A DNA stretch of 64,000 nt from Myxococcota bacterium (lineage in GTDB: Bacteria; Myxococcota_A; Polyangia; Polyangiales; Houyiibacteriaceae), in NCBI GenBank assembly GCA_039030295.1, contig JBCCEK010000001.1, positions 7,633 through 71,632 of the forward strand. The letters run 5' to 3'. The notes beneath the pieces are model-generated. The model was not told the DNA's origin. It did not search any database and saw nothing but the letters and a program-made list of their open reading frames with translations. Positions 38,168-46,110 of the stretch are shown in pieces; the stretch's first letter is position 1; each line of letters opens with the position of its first letter. The translations under genes were made by a program, and so were the position numbers.

Positions 38168-39108
38168 GAGTACTCGTGACAGGGGGAGCGGGCTTCATCG
38201 GAAGCCACGTGGCCGAGGCTGCAGTCGAGGCCGGCCATGAGGTCCTCATCGTCGATGACCTCAGTACCGGGCGCGCCGAAAACCTACCCAGCGGGGCAGA
38301 CTTCCAGTCTTTGGACATCCGGGCTCGCGATCGGCTGTTGGCATTGGCCTCGGAGTTCCGTCCGGACGCAATCAGCCATCACGCCGCCCAGTCGAGCGTG
38401 TCGGTGAGCGTGCGTGACCCCGAGCTCGATGCCGATGTCAATGTGCTCGGTTCGCTGAATGTGGCCGGCGCCGCGAAGGCCGCGGGGAGTCGGCTCGTCT
38501 TCGCGAGCACCGGGGGCGCGCTCTACGGCGAGGTTCGCGAGGGGACCCTCGCCGGCGAGGAGTCTGCGCCTCAGCCGCTCAGTCCGTACGCCTGCGGGAA
38601 GGCGAGTTTCGAGCACTACCTCCGGGCCTTCGGCGACGCTGATGGGCTCCGCTATACGATTCTTCGCTACGGCAACGTTTACGGACCGCGGCAGGACCCT
38701 CACGGCGAGGCTGGGGTCGTCGCCATCTTCCTGAGGCGGCTCCTTCGCCGCGAACCGATACAAGTCAATGCGCGTGAAGTTCGAGGCGATCAGGGATGCG
38801 TCCGCGACTACGTGTTCGTTCGGGACGCCGTTCGCGCCAATCTCGCCGCGTTCGAGGGAGCGCTCGACCGGCGGAAGATCAACATCGCGACCGGCGTCGG
38901 CACGTCCACACGCTCGCTCGCGGAGCGGCTCGCGGCCCTGGTCGACGAACCCGCGATCATCAACGATGGCGCCCATCGGGCCGGAGACCTCGGCCGCTCG
39001 GTGCTCGACCCGGCCGTCATGATCTCGATCCTCGGGGAGCCCACACCCCTGGCACAAGGGCTCGAGGCCACGACCGAGTGGTTCCGAACCGAAGAGGGGT
39101 TGGCATGA
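38164..39108 (+). CDS. NAD-dependent epimerase/dehydratase (GalE-like UDP-hexose 4-epimerase)
   Basis: VLVTGGAGFIGSH, STGGALYG and YACGKAS (YxxxK). A 4-nt overlap with both neighbours. Confidence 0.85.
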   Translation: MRVLVTGGAGFIGSHVAEAAVEAGHEVLIVDDLSTGRAENLPSGADFQSLDIRARDRLLALASEFRPDAISHHAAQSSVSVSVRDPELDADVNVLGSLNVAGAAKAAGSRLVFASTGGALYGEVREGTLAGEESAPQPLSPYACGKASFEHYLRAFGDADGLRYTILRYGNVYGPRQDPHGEAGVVAIFLRRLLRREPIQVNAREVRGDQGCVRDYVFVRDAVRANLAAFEGALDRRKINIATGVGTSTRSLAERLAALVDEPAIINDGAHRAGDLGRSVLDPAVMISILGEPTPLAQGLEATTEWFRTEEGLA

Positions 39109-40382
39109 CCGAGCGAGTTGCCGTCATCGGCCTTGGCTACGTGGGCCTTCCCGTCGCCCTCGCTTTTGCACGAGAGTTCGAGAACACGGTCGGGTTCGAC
39201 ATCTCGAGCGAGCGCATCGAAGCCCTTCGCGCGCATTCCGATTGGACGCGTGAGGTGAGCGCCGAGGAGCTCCAAGCGACATCGCTTCAGCTCACCAGCG
39301 ATCCGGCCGATCTGCGCGGCTGCACCTTCTTCGTCGTGGCGGTGCCGACACCCATCGACGGTGACCGTCGTCCGAACCTCGACCCGCTCGTTTCGGCGAC
39401 GAAGATCGTCGGGAGCGCGATTGCGCCGGGCGCGGTAATCGTCTTCGAGTCGACCGTGTACCCGGGTGTCACCGAGGAGCGCTGCGGGCCGATCCTGGCC
39501 GAGGCGTCCGGCCTGACGCAGTCGAAGGACTTCAAGCTCGGATACTCGCCGGAAAGAATCAATCCAGGGGACACCGAACACACCTTCGAGAAGATCACAA
39601 AGGTGGTTTCCGGCGAGGACTCAGAGACCCTCGATCGCGTTGCCGCCGCCTACGAGCGGGTGGTCGAGGTGGGGGTGCACAGAGCGTCATCGATCAAAGT
39701 CGCGGAGGCCGCCAAGGTGATCGAGAACACGCAGCGGGACCTCAACATCGCGCTGATGAACGAGCTCGCGCTGATCTTCGACCGTCTCGACATACGGACC
39801 CAGGACGTCCTCGAAGCTGCCTCCACGAAGTGGAACTTCTTGCCGTTCTCACCCGGACTAGTGGGCGGTCATTGCATTGGCGTCGACCCCTATTACCTGA
39901 CTTCCAAGGCAGAGTCGGTTGGCTACCATCCGGAAGTGATCCTCGCAGGGCGTCGCATCAACGATGACATGGGTCGATACGTCGCCAAACGGATGATCAA
40001 GCTCCTTCGGCAGCATGGCCACGCGATCAAGGACTCCCGGGTCGGCGTCTTGGGTCTCACGTTCAAAGAGAACGTGCCGGATCTTCGGAACAGCCGTGTG
40101 CCGGACATCATCGAGGAGCTTCGGGACTACGGCGTCGAACCTCTGGTCCACGACCCACTGGCCTCTCCCGAGGAGGCCGGCCGCATTTACGGGATCGACC
40201 TCCGCCCTTGGGATGCGTTGACCGACCTCGACGGCATCGTCGTGGCAGTGCCGCATCGGTACTATCTCGACCAACTCGATCGAATCGTCGGCTCGGTCCG
40301 TCGAGATGGGGTTTTCGTGGACGTGAAGTCGGTCGTCGACCGAAAGCAGCTGCGCGACGACATCCGGTACTGGAGCCTCTGA
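39105..40382 (+). CDS. UDP-N-acetyl-hexosamine 6-dehydrogenase (TviB/WbpO/CapL-type nucleotide-sugar dehydrogenase)
   Basis: ATG at 39105 (ATGA overlap). VAVIGLGYVGLPVA, VAVPTP, KVIENTQRDLNIALMNE and the catalytic GGHCIGVDPYYL. Confidence 0.88.
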   Translation: MTERVAVIGLGYVGLPVALAFAREFENTVGFDISSERIEALRAHSDWTREVSAEELQATSLQLTSDPADLRGCTFFVVAVPTPIDGDRRPNLDPLVSATKIVGSAIAPGAVIVFESTVYPGVTEERCGPILAEASGLTQSKDFKLGYSPERINPGDTEHTFEKITKVVSGEDSETLDRVAAAYERVVEVGVHRASSIKVAEAAKVIENTQRDLNIALMNELALIFDRLDIRTQDVLEAASTKWNFLPFSPGLVGGHCIGVDPYYLTSKAESVGYHPEVILAGRRINDDMGRYVAKRMIKLLRQHGHAIKDSRVGVLGLTFKENVPDLRNSRVPDIIEELRDYGVEPLVHDPLASPEEAGRIYGIDLRPWDALTDLDGIVVAVPHRYYLDQLDRIVGSVRRDGVFVDVKSVVDRKQLRDDIRYWSL

Positions 40383-40386
40383 GCGT

Positions 40387-40995
40387 TCAGAAGAGGCGCT
40401 CCGGGACGAAGATGATGTCCCCAGCCGCGACCTCGATGTCGGCCGCCTGACCCCGTGTCACGCGCTCGACCGGAACCCGGTAGCGCACCGTCTGGCCGTC
40501 GACTCGACGAGTGACGACCGTTCCATCGCGGTCGGCTAACGAGGAAAAGCCCCCGGCCATGCTGATCGCCTGAACGACCGTCATACCAGGCGCGAGTGCG
40601 AAGGCACCCGGCTCCGCCACGGCACCCACGACGCTGATGCGCTTGGACGCGTAGTTCTCGACGTACACTGAGACGTGGGGTTCTTTGAGCATGTCCCGCT
40701 CACGAAGTTCGGTCTGGAGCTTGTCTGCAACTTCGGTCGGCTCGAGACCTGCGACCTGAACCGCCCCTATCAACGGAAAGTCGATGGTGCCGTCTGCGGC
40801 GACCTGATGTTCGCCCGAAAGCGAGTCCTCGCCGAACACGCGCACCGAGAACACGTCGCCGGGCGACAGCGTCGTGTCTTCGGTGGCAGGCGGCGGGACC
40901 TCGGTCACTTGGACGTTGCGCTTCGCGCAGCCTACGGCGAATGCGCTCGATGTGGCGAGGGCGACGACTAGTAGAAGACTCGAAGACCGATCCAT
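40387..40995 (-). CDS. short outer-membrane polysaccharide export (OPX) lipoprotein, Poly_export plus a single SLBB domain
   Basis: MDRSSSLLLVVALATSSAFAVGC lipobox; LSPGDVFSVRVFGE..LSGEHQVAADGTIDFPLIGAVQVAGL (PES motif region); an SLBB-like tail ..GDIIFVPERLF. At 202 aa it is too short to carry a Wza-type C-terminal OM helix. Confidence 0.8.
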   Translation of the reverse strand: MDRSSSLLLVVALATSSAFAVGCAKRNVQVTEVPPPATEDTTLSPGDVFSVRVFGEDSLSGEHQVAADGTIDFPLIGAVQVAGLEPTEVADKLQTELRERDMLKEPHVSVYVENYASKRISVVGAVAEPGAFALAPGMTVVQAISMAGGFSSLADRDGTVVTRRVDGQTVRYRVPVERVTRGQAADIEVAAGDIIFVPERLF

Positions 40996-42281
40996 GCTTG
41001 GACTTTCTGATACTGCGCGGTCGGATCGACGAGCGGCCCGATGCCGATGAACTGGAAATTGGTGAAGTCGGCCAGGTAGGCGACCTCGGCGAACATCGAG
41101 ATCCACGAGCGGAACCGATACTCCCCCCAAAGCGCCACACGAGTACGGATCCCCTCGCGTCGCGGTTCGGTGCCGACGAACGCGCCGTCAGGGCGCAACG
41201 CAAGCCCGCTCTTGTCGAACGAGACCCACGAACGGACTCCAACCACCAGCGCTCCCGCGGCGGTGAACGTCGCGTTGAGGTGTAGACGGTTGAAGCTGAT
41301 GAAGTTTCCGATGAACGACGGCACGGTGTCGCGGGTATACCCGCCATCGAGCTTGATGGTCGGCCTGGGGGTCCAACCCAACTCGACCCGCGCCGTGACG
41401 TCGTCGAAGTCTTCGAGCGCGTCGTACAAGCCGGCCGTGTATCCGACAAACGCAGCCAGTGACAGCGTGTTGGTCAAGGCGCCGTTGTAACCGATCTGGC
41501 TCTTCACCCGATTGTTGTCCGACAGGGCGGTCGGCGACAGGAAGACGAGCTCCGGGTTGACGTAGTCTTGATGGGCATACTCAAACTCGTACACGATCGC
41601 GGAGCTAGGAAAGAACCGCCAGCTCAGTTGCGCGGGAACGCGGTGCGTGAGGTTGTCCGCGTACTGGTAGAGCTGCGAATCGAAGAACACGAACGAGTTC
41701 CTGTAGCCGACCCTTCCCTCGAGGACTTCGCTTCGGCTGCGGACGACGAAGTCGACGCCGGCGTTGTTGGTGTTCAGGCCGTAGCTGGTGGTCTCTCCGA
41801 CCAGGACGTTCGGGTCCGAGAAGGGCTGCACGGTTCGGCGGAACCGGTCGTAAAGCTGCAAGGAAAATACGCGCGACGGGTTGTACGCGAAGTGGAAATG
41901 AGCGTCTGCGGCGACGTTGTCTCGAACCCTGTCGTTGAAGTAGTGCAAGTACTGTGCGCCGAGTCCGCCTCGGAACGTGATCTTCTGAGGCTCAGGTTTG
42001 CTGTCTCCCTGAGCTTGGCGTTGCGGGCCTTCAGTTGCAAAGTCCAAGTAGCCGGTCAGGCGGAGGATGAACGAGTCCTCGGTGTTGGTGTCTTGCAGGA
42101 ACACGTTGTTGTCGTAGCCCCCCTCGATGGCGAGGCCGGGGTGGAGCACAAAGCGGCCGGCCTTGAAGCCCGGGCCTTCGTTGGCGGCGCGGTCGGTCAA
42201 CGGCTGCGCGAGCCCGGTGCCCGACAGACACAACGTGGTCGCAGCAAAAACAACGCCAAGCTTTAGGCAGCGGCCCATCAA
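40968..42281 (-). CDS. outer-membrane beta-barrel protein (candidate partner of the short OPX)
   Basis: 437 aa with a signal peptide (VVFAATTLCLSGTGLAQ), alternating hydrophobic beta-strand pattern with frequent Y/F/G/N, and a terminal ...WIGLRVFY (aromatic C-terminus). Confidence 0.6.
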   Translation of the reverse strand: MMGRCLKLGVVFAATTLCLSGTGLAQPLTDRAANEGPGFKAGRFVLHPGLAIEGGYDNNVFLQDTNTEDSFILRLTGYLDFATEGPQRQAQGDSKPEPQKITFRGGLGAQYLHYFNDRVRDNVAADAHFHFAYNPSRVFSLQLYDRFRRTVQPFSDPNVLVGETTSYGLNTNNAGVDFVVRSRSEVLEGRVGYRNSFVFFDSQLYQYADNLTHRVPAQLSWRFFPSSAIVYEFEYAHQDYVNPELVFLSPTALSDNNRVKSQIGYNGALTNTLSLAAFVGYTAGLYDALEDFDDVTARVELGWTPRPTIKLDGGYTRDTVPSFIGNFISFNRLHLNATFTAAGALVVGVRSWVSFDKSGLALRPDGAFVGTEPRREGIRTRVALWGEYRFRSWISMFAEVAYLADFTNFQFIGIGPLVDPTAQYQKVQAWIGLRVFY

Positions 42282-42318
42282 CTCAATCCCCCTCCGCGCG
42301 ACCGCATTGGGCCTGGAC

Positions 42319-42906
42319 TCAGGTCACACCGCTGACAGGCGGGGGGATGTACGGAATAGGCGGGACGACAACCGGAGGCGTCACCGCTGGGTCCGCGCTG
42401 GGTGCGAATAGATCGACCTCTTGCCTCACTTTCGTGTCTCCGGTGTCGAACAGATCTTGGCCAACGCACTGGTTGGCCGCCTGCTGGAGCATCTTGAACT
42501 TTTGGGAGAGGACGCCGATCACAGCGAACTCGTGATTGCGGCTCCCCGTGTCGTTGGCGCGGATGGCATCGTCGAGAGCCGCTTGGCGCCGCTTCATGTT
42601 CTGAAGGTTGGCGTTGCACTGCGCCAGCTTGTCGTCGAGGCAGGTGGCCCGAATGATGTCTTTTTCGCTCTTGGCGCTCTGAAGCGCTTGTCCTTGGGCG
42701 TCGCAGGTCGCCCCTGCCTGGGCGACAGCGGCTTCCGTGGCCTCTTGCTGCTGGGTTGCGGTCAGCGCCGCGGGGCCCCCCTGGGCGCTCACGGAATCGA
42801 CCCGAACGACGTCCACCGTCGCATCACCGCTTTGGGCGATCGCATAACCGAGACCACTGCTGGCCAGCAGCACCCCCAAGCTCACGCGTGCGATCCGAGT
42901 AAACAT
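42319..42906 (-). CDS. secreted protein, unknown function (occupies the GltH/NfsH position)
   Basis: Start at MFTRIARVSLGVLLASSGLGYAIAQ (signal peptide). 4 Cys and a Pro-rich tail PPVVVPPIPYIPPPVSG. Assignment by position only. Confidence 0.45.
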   Translation of the reverse strand: MFTRIARVSLGVLLASSGLGYAIAQSGDATVDVVRVDSVSAQGGPAALTATQQQEATEAAVAQAGATCDAQGQALQSAKSEKDIIRATCLDDKLAQCNANLQNMKRRQAALDDAIRANDTGSRNHEFAVIGVLSQKFKMLQQAANQCVGQDLFDTGDTKVRQEVDLFAPSADPAVTPPVVVPPIPYIPPPVSGVT

Positions 42907-42930
42907 CAACGATCCCCTCAACTTGCGCCG

Positions 42931-42958
42931 ATTATACGCTCCACCCATCTCAAGTCAA
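42931..42958 (-). promoter_or_regulatory. near-consensus sigma-70-type promoter inside the envelope gene cluster
   Basis: The minus strand reads TTGACT (42958-42953), a 16-nt spacer, then TATAAT (42936-42931). A GAGGGGA Shine-Dalgarno-like element lies about 7 nt before the ATG at 42906. Confidence 0.5.
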
Positions 42959-43007
42959 TTCAGCCAAGATACAGTTAAGCGGCAATTTTGCCCTTGCGCC
43001 ACAAAAG

Positions 43008-44474
43008 CTAGTTCTGAGGCTGGAAAACAAAAGGATAGCGGAAAGTCACGCTTCCGCCCTCGGGTCCCGGGTTGAACCGGAAGCGGCTGATGGTCCGAGT
43101 CACGCAATCTGCCACCGCGGGGCTCCCCGTAGTGTTCTCGCTGGCCTTGGCGCCGGTCACGTTGCCGCGCTCCTGAATCGTAAAGGTGACTGTGACCTTC
43201 CCGGCGAGCCCTGGGTTCTTCCGGAGCTCCGACTCATAGCAGCGCGTGATCGATTTGATGCGCTGCTTGATCTGCCGCTGCACGAGGGCCGCGTCGAAGT
43301 CGCCCGATCCGCCGACGTCTCCTCCGCTACGGAGCCCCACATTGCCCCGGACAGCCCTCTCTTTGACCGCCGAACCTTCCTTCGCCGCCTTCCCCGCACC
43401 CTTGGAGGCCTTCAGGGAACCGAGCCCAGCCTGCTGGCCACTTCCTCCTCCGGTCCGCGTCCGGAGGGTACCGGTCTGGCTCTTCGTCGCAACCCCAACG
43501 CCGGAGGCTTGCGCCAACACGTCGGCAGCGTTTCCGGTCACCGCCCCACCCGCCAGGACGTCGCTCAACGCGCCGCCATCACTGCCAAGCGCGCCGAGGA
43601 GCATCGCTTCGGCCTGTGCCGCCGCCTCCTCGGCGATGCGCGCGCGTGCTTCGGCACTCACGACTGGGCTCGGCGCCGGCCCTGGGGCTTCCTTCGGCGC
43701 CGCCTTGTCGGGAGCTCGTTTCTCAGGTTTGTCGTCCTTGGCGGGTTTCTCCGCGTCGGCTTCTTCTTCGGCGTCGCCGACCTCTTCCTCGACTTCAGGG
43801 GGTTCGACGGGGGCCTCGAAAACCAACCGTGCGAGCGTCTCCGGAACCTCCTGCGATGCCTGCTCGACCTCCCAGTCGGCGTTCTCCAGGTAGATGATCG
43901 TCCCGAAGAACATCATGTACGAGAAGATCACCCAAGTCGTGAAGGTCCAGTCGATGTTCTTGGCGAACCCTCGCTGTACTGCGGCCGGGAGCTGGGGCTT
44001 CGGCGTGATCGGCGGCGCGGTCACGAACTCAAAGAAGACCGTGAAGTCCCCGATCCGGATGTTGCCGCGCGAAGTCTCTGCGAGCTTGATTTGGGCGTGC
44101 GTGCCAGCGTCTCGGGCTGCGCCCGTCTCTCGAAGGTGCTCGAGCCGCTGCACCCCACCAGGAAGCGCCACCTTCCCGCGCATGTCGTTGGTGAAGTTGA
44201 GGATGTAGTCGTCGCCGACCAGCTGGAACAGCTCAAATCGGGATTCGAGCTTGGGCGGTAGGGTGCCGGACTTGAGGATCAGGTGGTTCTTTGCGGCGGT
44301 GCCGATCGATACGGTTTCGCGGCGCCTCACGATACGCTCTTCGACGATCTTCTTGTCGCGGAAGAGGCCGATGCGCAGCACCTTGGGGCCACTCTTGCGC
44401 CCAGGAACGGCCTGCATCGCCATCGTCATGGCGCCTGGCTTGGTCGAAGGAGGTCGGCTGCGTGGCTCGGTCAT
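43008..44474 (-). CDS. bitopic inner-membrane protein with an AgmX/PglI-type (TonB-C-like) C-terminal domain (GltG/NfsG-like)
   Basis: 488 aa. Cytoplasmic beta-rich N-domain (VLRIGLFRDKKIVEERIV..ILNFTNDMRGKVAL), one TM (IDWTFTTWVIFSYMMFFGTIIYL), a Glu/Pro/Ala/Lys linker, and a C-terminus I(K)xxxCYESELRKNPGLAGKVTVTFTI...RFRF typical of AgmX/PglI C-domains. Confidence 0.7.
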   Translation of the reverse strand: MTEPRSRPPSTKPGAMTMAMQAVPGRKSGPKVLRIGLFRDKKIVEERIVRRRETVSIGTAAKNHLILKSGTLPPKLESRFELFQLVGDDYILNFTNDMRGKVALPGGVQRLEHLRETGAARDAGTHAQIKLAETSRGNIRIGDFTVFFEFVTAPPITPKPQLPAAVQRGFAKNIDWTFTTWVIFSYMMFFGTIIYLENADWEVEQASQEVPETLARLVFEAPVEPPEVEEEVGDAEEEADAEKPAKDDKPEKRAPDKAAPKEAPGPAPSPVVSAEARARIAEEAAAQAEAMLLGALGSDGGALSDVLAGGAVTGNAADVLAQASGVGVATKSQTGTLRTRTGGGSGQQAGLGSLKASKGAGKAAKEGSAVKERAVRGNVGLRSGGDVGGSGDFDAALVQRQIKQRIKSITRCYESELRKNPGLAGKVTVTFTIQERGNVTGAKASENTTGSPAVADCVTRTISRFRFNPGPEGGSVTFRYPFVFQPQN

Positions 44475-44755
44475 TAGAAGGGTTCCTCTTGCACGCTTCG
44501 AATCACGTCGCGCAGGAAGGTCGTTCGAAGTTCGAGCACCTCGTACCCGAGGTTCGAGCGGTTGAGGATATAGAATGCGTTGGGCTTCTGGACGCGACCC
44601 TCGATGACGATTTCCTCAAGTTGAATCACGCGGGGCTGGCGCTTTTTCTGCTGAGCCTGCGCCCTTGCTCCGGTGGCGTACGCCGACAACAGGATCGACA
44701 ACACGAAGATGCCCGTGAACATCGCGCGGAGCGCTTGGCGTGCTTGCATGGTCAT
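44474..44755 (-). CDS. small single-TM protein (GltF/NfsF position)
   Basis: 93 aa with an N-terminal hydrophobic helix (AMFTGIFVLSILLSAYA). Translationally coupled on both sides. Confidence 0.45.
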   Translation of the reverse strand: MTMQARQALRAMFTGIFVLSILLSAYATGARAQAQQKKRQPRVIQLEEIVIEGRVQKPNAFYILNRSNLGYEVLELRTTFLRDVIRSVQEEPF

Positions 44756-46110
44756 GGTGTGGCGTCCTCCCGCGCGCCCCGCTCCGCTTCGCGAGCCGCC
44801 CTCTCCCTGTCGCGTTCCATCCTCCGCTTCGCACGTTGGATCATACGGTCCAGGTCACGCAAGTATTCCCCTGATGGATCGTCCCGCCCGAGCCGAGGCC
44901 CCATCTGGTTCCGGTAGGTCTGGAACTCCTTCTTGGACTTCTCGAGGGCCGGTATCTCGTCGAGACCCGGGAACTCCGCCCCTGCCGACAAGTAGAGCAG
45001 ACCGAGCCCAAAATGGGCTTCGGGGAGCTTCGACTCGAGCTCGAGCGCGCGCAGGTACGATTGCTGTGCGTCGGTCCACCGTTCGAGGGCGCGGTACGCG
45101 TCACCGAGGTTGACGTGGACGGCTGGCAAGGTCGGCACGAGTTGCTGGGCGGCCTCGAAATGCGACGCCGCGGCCTCGTAGTTGCCGCCCGCCAGGAGCT
45201 GGACGCCGAGCGCCATCCTGGCTTCCGCGTAGTCGGGGCGGAGCGCCACTGCGCGTTCGTAGGCTTCGAGCACCTCGCGGAGCTTGCCGGGCTCGTCCTT
45301 GAGCTGTTCGCCGAGGAGGTAGTGGAGTTCGGCGACGTTGGGATCAACCGCCAAGGCCTGGGCCAGGATCGAGTCGGCGAGCTCGTCCCTCCCCTGAGCG
45401 CGACTCGCCTTCTCGAGGGCGATCAAGGCCGGGACAAACCGCTCGTCGCATTTGAGGGCGCGCCTCGCCGCCAACCAGGCTTCTTCGTACCTTCGTGCCT
45501 CGACCAACACCTCGGCGTAGAGGGCTTGGATCTCCAGGTTGGTCCTGTAGTCGTTGGCGATCGGCTCGACGATGGCGACTGCACCCTTGGCGTTGCCGCG
45601 ACGAAGGTCGATGATTGTGAGCCCGCGAGCGGCCGGCTCGTAGTCTGCCAATGCCTCGAGAGCGCGCCGGTAATAGGCGAGCGCTTGCCGTTCGTCCCCG
45701 GCTCGGTCCGCGAGCACGCCGAGGTTGTACAAGGCGGGGTACGCCGCAGCGTCCTTCTTGATCGCATCTTTGAAGTATCCCTCGGCGGCGGACACGTTGC
45801 CGTTGTCGAGTTCGCGGACGCCGCGGTCGAAAGACTTGCGGGCCTTGGAGGCCATCGCCGGCCGCGCCGGACGTCGACACTGCTCGGCGCGAGTTGCGCC
45901 CCAGGGGCTCTGCGCGTCGGGTGCGTTCGATTCGGCTACGGCGTCACCGACCTGAGATCCCGGCGGCGATCCCGGGGCCGTGGTCGAAGTCGGTCCGGGG
46001 GACGACTCCCCGCCGGTCGTCTCTTCGGCGTTCGGTTCCGTCGTTTCGCCGCCTTGGCATCCAAGGGTCAACAACGAGAGTGCCGCCACGAGTCGAACGA
46101 GCCTACCCAT
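44752..46110 (-). CDS. TPR-repeat lipoprotein (GltE/AglT/NfsE-like)
   Basis: Start at the ATG at 46108-46110 (MGRLVRLVAALSLLTLGC lipobox). Multiple 34-aa TPR units (AYPALYNLGVLADRAGDERQALAYYRRALE...). 452 aa. Confidence 0.6.
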   Translation of the reverse strand: MGRLVRLVAALSLLTLGCQGGETTEPNAEETTGGESSPGPTSTTAPGSPPGSQVGDAVAESNAPDAQSPWGATRAEQCRRPARPAMASKARKSFDRGVRELDNGNVSAAEGYFKDAIKKDAAAYPALYNLGVLADRAGDERQALAYYRRALEALADYEPAARGLTIIDLRRGNAKGAVAIVEPIANDYRTNLEIQALYAEVLVEARRYEEAWLAARRALKCDERFVPALIALEKASRAQGRDELADSILAQALAVDPNVAELHYLLGEQLKDEPGKLREVLEAYERAVALRPDYAEARMALGVQLLAGGNYEAAASHFEAAQQLVPTLPAVHVNLGDAYRALERWTDAQQSYLRALELESKLPEAHFGLGLLYLSAGAEFPGLDEIPALEKSKKEFQTYRNQMGPRLGRDDPSGEYLRDLDRMIQRAKRRMERDRERAAREAERGAREDATP

